A stretch of 64,000 nt of DNA from Eledone cirrhosa (lineage: Eukaryota): contig OZ024740.1 in the NCBI GenBank assembly GCA_964016885.1, forward strand, positions 85,312,001 through 85,376,000. Reading direction: 5' to 3'. This document shows positions 55,997-64,000 of the stretch, in pieces; the stretch's first letter is position 1; each line of letters starts with the position of its first letter. The position numbers and the translations under genes were made by a program. A model generated the notes under the pieces. That model did not search any database. It was not told the origin of the DNA and worked only from the letters and a program-made list of their open reading frames with translations.

Positions 55997-56840
55997 TAGT
56001 TAAAACGAAAAGAAAAAAAGATTATGATAAAAGCATTTTCATCCAAATCTTTCAAAATGTATGCAGGTGGTGATATTTGTCTACATTCCGTAGGTCAGAA
56101 GTTAAACTTGTGAAGATCTGTTCATTTGTTAATAACACAAGTGAGGATTGGCATCCGATCGTAGAGTTCCGTCTCGAAATGTCTCGTCCTCCCATTTCTG
56201 TATGAAAAACGAACTTAAAACTAGTGCTTCTGCTAGTGATGATCCCCCTCTCCCTCCATATATATATATACATATATATATATAATAATCTCCCATTAGG
56301 TTGAGATGCAATTTGGGCAATATTGGGCTGCGCTTTCTAGCAACCAGCCCACTCGCCGTAAGCAACCAATCACATTCTTTCTGACTTGACCACTGCCACA
56401 TCACAATTCTTAGCCATTTTGAATTCGTTTCTGGCGGGGATCACTTTAGAAAATTATTTGTCCAAACGAGTTTGTTTCCTGATGAGTTCGAAGCTCGAGA
56501 TTTTATCCTTAATAGGATATTTCCAAATGCGAACGAAACTCAGGGTAGAAACATAATCCTGGTAGGTGTATATGCATTCCTTCAAACTTTAATTTTATAT
56601 CTAATTGTGTATGGTTGACGGTATATTTAATCGATTTCCGTATGCTGTTGAAATGTTGGGTAAATATTCTATGGCGGTTGGCCGCGAAGAGATTGTTGTT
56701 TATTTATCTACTATTTTTTCATAGGTGCCTTTTTAATCTTATAGCCTGGTCTAATTGAGTTTTTGTGTGGTTAATTATGCTAATTGGGAGAGGAAATGGT
56801 GTATATATATTATCAAATGATTCTATGGACATACTTTATA

Positions 56841-56891
<51 letters not shown>

Positions 56892-57409
56892 CATAAAGGA
56901 GCAAGAACGAAGTATCAATATAACATCATCATGTTTATTCAGTTTATTCATACGCGACGCACGTTTCGCAACCGATCAGCTCAAGGTATGATCGGTAGAG
57001 ATCGAACTCGAAATTGGAATCGATACCTGTCAACAGCAGGGCTAATAGATTCTGATGAAGACGATGAGATGCATCTATAGTGTCGAAACTAATAATAGGA
57101 AGTTACATAACTACAATCTATTAGTCACTATATCGATTTATCGTGATCAATCAGCCTTCTGAAAGGATCGTAAAACAACGAAATAATTAAGTACTTAATT
57201 GCACCTTTTGGTTTCATTGTTCGATATGAAATCACTGGATATCGATCTAAACCCTTATTAGACACACACATATATATATAAATACTGTATATACATATAT
57301 ATGCATATATAGACAGACAGACAGACATATATAGACAGACAGACAGACACACACACACACATGTATAAAGAGACTGTTAGGTTTGTATACGTTCATTTTA
57401 TACATACAT

Positions 57410-59706
<2,297 letters not shown>

Positions 59707-59756
59707 GTTATACCTCTCTCTCTATATATATATACACACACAAACACACAAACACA

Positions 59757-59848
<92 letters not shown>

Positions 59849-59920
59849 CATATATATGTACACATATATATGTACACATATATATATATACATATATACA
59901 TACATTCTTACAACACACAC

Positions 59921-60006
<86 letters not shown>

Positions 60007-60599
60007 GTGTGTGTTATAAGAATGTATGTATAAAATGAACGAACTGTATACAAACCTAACCGTCTCTTTATACATGTGTGCACTTGCACTGTTTGGTACT
60101 GATATGCAGACAGTGGCTGACAGGTTAAACACGCACACATGCGTTTCTATTAAAAAACAAACACTTCCTGTAAAACCTTATAAAAGAAGTACATACACCC
60201 ACAGTTATTACATCTTCTGTCGTTTAAACTGTTTTTATGTAATTTTTCTTTCTCATACAGAAGTAGTAAACTATATTTCAGAGTTATTATCATGCTATCA
60301 ACATCATTTACTCATACACCAGACAGTCATACTAAGCCTTGAACACTTCACTCTACTTTGTTCTTCTTAATAACTTAAAGACAGATCTAAAGGCAATAGT
60401 AAAAGAGTAGGGCCACCTGTTACTTTCAGGAATTGCCTGCCCAACTTTTCCCATCGACACGTAATTGCTCTCACTTTTGACACACCAGAACATGATTACT
60501 ACAGATAAATATTATATCCTTATTGGCTAGCCTGTTGTAAGCATTCGCATACTTACCACACATTTACGTACGTGTTATCTTTGAGTGCGTATGTGTATC

Positions 60600-60678
<79 letters not shown>

Positions 60679-60945
60679 GTATAGATATATGTATATATGT
60701 ATATATATATGTATATATATAAATGAAGTATTTCCGTCGGGAAGGTACAGGAAAAAAGAGTGCTCTACGTAGGCTACAGAGCTTATTAGTTATGTAATAA
60801 ACAACATAAGATAATTATTTCATTTACCAGTGGTTTCTTGAAGGCAGATGTTATGTCTGTCTTCAATCGTCAGAATGAATAAATAACATGGTGTTTTTAT
60901 TATATATGGATTTGAAAACAATATATATATATCTATATATCTATA

Positions 60946-61006
<61 letters not shown>

Positions 61007-61748
61007 TATATATATACATATTTTATATTTTGTATTTTGTGTTTTGTATATATATATATATATAAATACTGTATATACACATATATGCATACATATATAG
61101 ACAAACACACGGACATACGAACATGCACGTACATGCTGAAAATGTGTCCATAACTTCGACTTCATTCGATTTTTCAACAATATTGAGGGAAGCGTGAACT
61201 TCACATTTTTCTCTTCTCCTCTCTTTTTCTCTCTTTCTCTCTTTCTCTCTTTCTCTCTCTCTCTCACACACACACACATACACACACACACACACACATT
61301 TCTGTGTGAAGCGCGAACTTCACAACTTCCCATTAACTGTTAGGCTTCATGTTTCCGTTACTAAACTGAAAAAAACACGTAGTGAGACCAGAGCAGATCC
61401 TGATTAATCGGCTAGCAATGCTATAGCGGTGAATTGGCTTAGAGCTTCGCATGAAGTTTCTTACAGTATCTGTTCCAGCTTCCTGAAATCTGGGTTTAAA
61501 TCTCGCCGAGGACAACGCTACCTTTCAGGGTTGACTTCAGGGTCGACAAATAAAGTACTAATCCAAGGTGGTGAATTGGTGGAATCATTTGAACATCGGA
61601 TTGGATGCTTTGCAGTACCTGTTCTGGCTCTGTGGGCTAGAAATGGCTGGCTAAACCTTTTCTATGAGCATGAGAGAGAGATTTTCAACATACTTGTATT
61701 GCAACATTGTAATTGTGATTAAAAAGGTTCTGCTGTGTGTGGTGGTGC

Positions 61749-61779
<31 letters not shown>

Positions 61780-61924
61780 AGAGAGGGAGAGAAAGAGAGA
61801 GATAGAGTGAGAGAGAGAGAGAGAGTGATGGGGGGGGGGGGGGGGAGACAGAGTCAGGTCACAACACGTGTAAATATTGTTATTAAAGCATGGCGGTTGT
61901 AAAGTGAGAAAAATCAACCATATA

Positions 61925-62141
61925 CAGTCTGTTCGCTTTTTACACAAACTTGAAGTACGCGAATTCGCTTTAACGCCTCTTGAAAAAATATTATTAAATT
62001 TCACTTTGTGCGAATAACGCGCTATAACGCGTGTGGTTTTTAATTTGTTTTTATTTATCAGAGAATTAGACTTGAATTACGTGAATTTGTTTTACGCGCC
62101 GCGTTCACGAATGTATCTTCGCGTAAAAATCGAACAGACTG
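61925..62141. mobile_element. Tc1/pogo-type MITE
   Basis: TA-CAGTCTGTTCG ... CGAACAGACTG-TA. Confidence 0.8.
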
Positions 62142-62144
62142 TAT

Positions 62145-62310
62145 ATGCAAAAGGCAAATAGAAATAAGAAAGCAAAAGACACAGTACAATGAAGAAATAT
62201 ATTAGTTTTACGCTTGATGCAGTAGGAAAAGAGACTCGACGTTTCGGGCGCTAACCCTTCATCAGAAAATAGGAGAAATTAATGAAGAAATAGAAAAAAT
62301 AGAAAGAGTT
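62145..62310 (-). mobile_element. PLE pLTR-like fragment with variant HHR (62235-62268)
   Basis: On - strand: CTGATGA-A-GGGT TAGC GCCC-GAAACGTC; same type as 13464 and 20726. Confidence 0.65.
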
Positions 62311-62386
62311 ATGAGTGGCAGAAACAAACAAAAAAAATTATTTTGTGAAAACAGGTCTATTCAGGTCAGCACCTCTTGGAAAACTC

Positions 62387-62595
<209 letters not shown>

Positions 62596-62596
62596 T

Positions 62597-63838
62597 TATA
62601 ATTTTGAAAAAATGAAACGAAATTTCATTTCTCACTCTTAGTACGGCTGTTACTTAAATATAAGTATGTATACGTACATACATATATGTATACAGACGTA
62701 CAGTAGTATGTATATATATATACATACATGCACACATATATATATGTACGTATGGATTCATCGAACATTTATTATAATGCTCGGTGTGTTTGTAAACAAA
62801 CATCCCGAATTAAGCCGTACAGTGTCTAGCAACCATCGTTGCCCTTTTGTTCAACACTGACAAAGGAACGATGTACTAGTTTCAAGCTTATTAGCTATCG
62901 TCAGCAACGTATACCTTCCTGCCAGATGATTGAACGTCTGAAAGTATATACTTTCCTTATGCATATTAACGGCTGGGCAGCCTAATTTGCATATCGAGTG
63001 AGTTAATCGGCCAGGGTACCGAAAACGATAAACGGAAAAAATGAAACGAAATTTCATTTCTCACTCTTAGTACGGCTGTTACTTAAATATAAGTATGTAT
63101 ACGTACATACATATATGTATAAAGACGTACAGTAGTATGTATATATATATACAGACGATAGCTAATAAGCTTGAAACTAGTACAGCGTTCCTTTGTCAGG
63201 GTTGAACAAATGAGCAACGATGGTTGCTAGACACTGTACGGCTTAATTCGGGATGTTTGTTTACAAACACACCGAGCATTATAATAAATGTTCGATGAAT
63301 CCATACGTACATATATATATATGTGTGCATGTATGTATATATATATACATACTACTGTACGTCTGTATATATATATGTATGTACGTATACATACTTATAT
63401 TTAAGTAACAGCCGTACTAAGAGTGAGAAATGAAATTTCGTTTCATTTTTTCGGTTTATCGTTTTCGGTACCCCGGCCGATTAACTCACTCGATATGCAA
63501 ATTAGCCTGCTCAGCCGTTAATATGCATAAGGAAAGTATATACTTTCAGACGTTCATTCATCTGGCAGGAAGGTATACGTTGCTGACGATAGCTAATAAG
63601 CTTGAAACTAGTACAGCGTTCCTTTGTCAGGGTTGAACAAATGAGCAACGATGGTTGCTAGACACTGTACGGCTTAATTCGTGATGTTTGTTTACAAACA
63701 CACCGAGCATTATAATAAATGTTCGGTGAATCCATACGTACATATATATATGTGTGCATGTATGTATATATATATACATACTACTGTATGTCTGTATACA
63801 TATATGTATGTACGTATACATACTTATATATATAATTT
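62597..63838. mobile_element. Retrozyme-like tandem + inverted element, about 430-nt monomer
   Basis: About 1.25 units on - (62605-63152) then about 1.55 units on + (63154-63829); HHRs at 62868-62910 (-), 63154-63188 (partial, +), 63577-63619 (+); TATAATTT on both flanks. Confidence 0.9.
63577..63619 (+). ncRNA. Minimal type-I hammerhead ribozyme
   Basis: ACGTTG-CTGACGA-T-AGCT AATA AGCT-T-GAAA-CTAG-TA-CAGCGT. Confidence 0.88.
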
Positions 63839-63841
63839 GTA

Positions 63842-64000
63842 CTAGCAGAAGTACCCGGCGTTGCCCGGGTGTAAGTCGACCTTTGGTCTGTTAGAATGTG
63901 TGAAAGTTACTTCCCAGCGCATCACAGGTTCAAAACTTCGAACTTCAATGAAAAAAAATAGGTTAGTAGACGCAGGTGTGTAATTTATTAATTGTAGTTA
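63842..64000 (-). mobile_element. Helitron 3' end (continues beyond the window)
   Basis: A|CTAG followed by hairpin ACCCGGCGTTGCCCGGGT, same as the 25183 terminus. Confidence 0.75.

Overview
AT-rich, microsatellite-saturated animal DNA. It is most likely intronic or intergenic sequence from an octopus or other cephalopod (inferred from the tRNA-derived Nin/Deu-domain-like SINEs, the huge (TA)n/(CA)n/(TATG)n tracts and the TE mix). No host gene is confidently identifiable, and nearly all listed ORFs are microsatellite read-throughs. The window is a mosaic of mobile elements: many SINEs, mariner/hAT/piggyBac-type MITEs, two Helitron-like elements, R4/Dong-like, RTE-like and CR1/Jockey-like LINE remnants, and Penelope-like element (PLE) fragments. 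The PLE pieces include a 5'-truncated RT+GIY-YIG copy at 57.56-59.71 kb and an internally inverted GIY-YIG copy at 22.7-23.66 kb. The most striking hidden signal is about 20 minimal type-I hammerhead ribozyme (HHR) motifs, some intact and some degenerate. Three non-coding HHR elements (monomers of about 330, 430 and 467 nt) are circularly permuted or tandem and integrated as fold-back inverted duplications. Two of them keep an ATGCAAAT octamer about 80-90 nt upstream of the ribozyme. This is consistent with a retrozyme-like system (self-cleaving, probably circular RNA) mobilised by PLE reverse transcriptase into (TA)n tracts. All structures were read by eye; no folding or database search was run.
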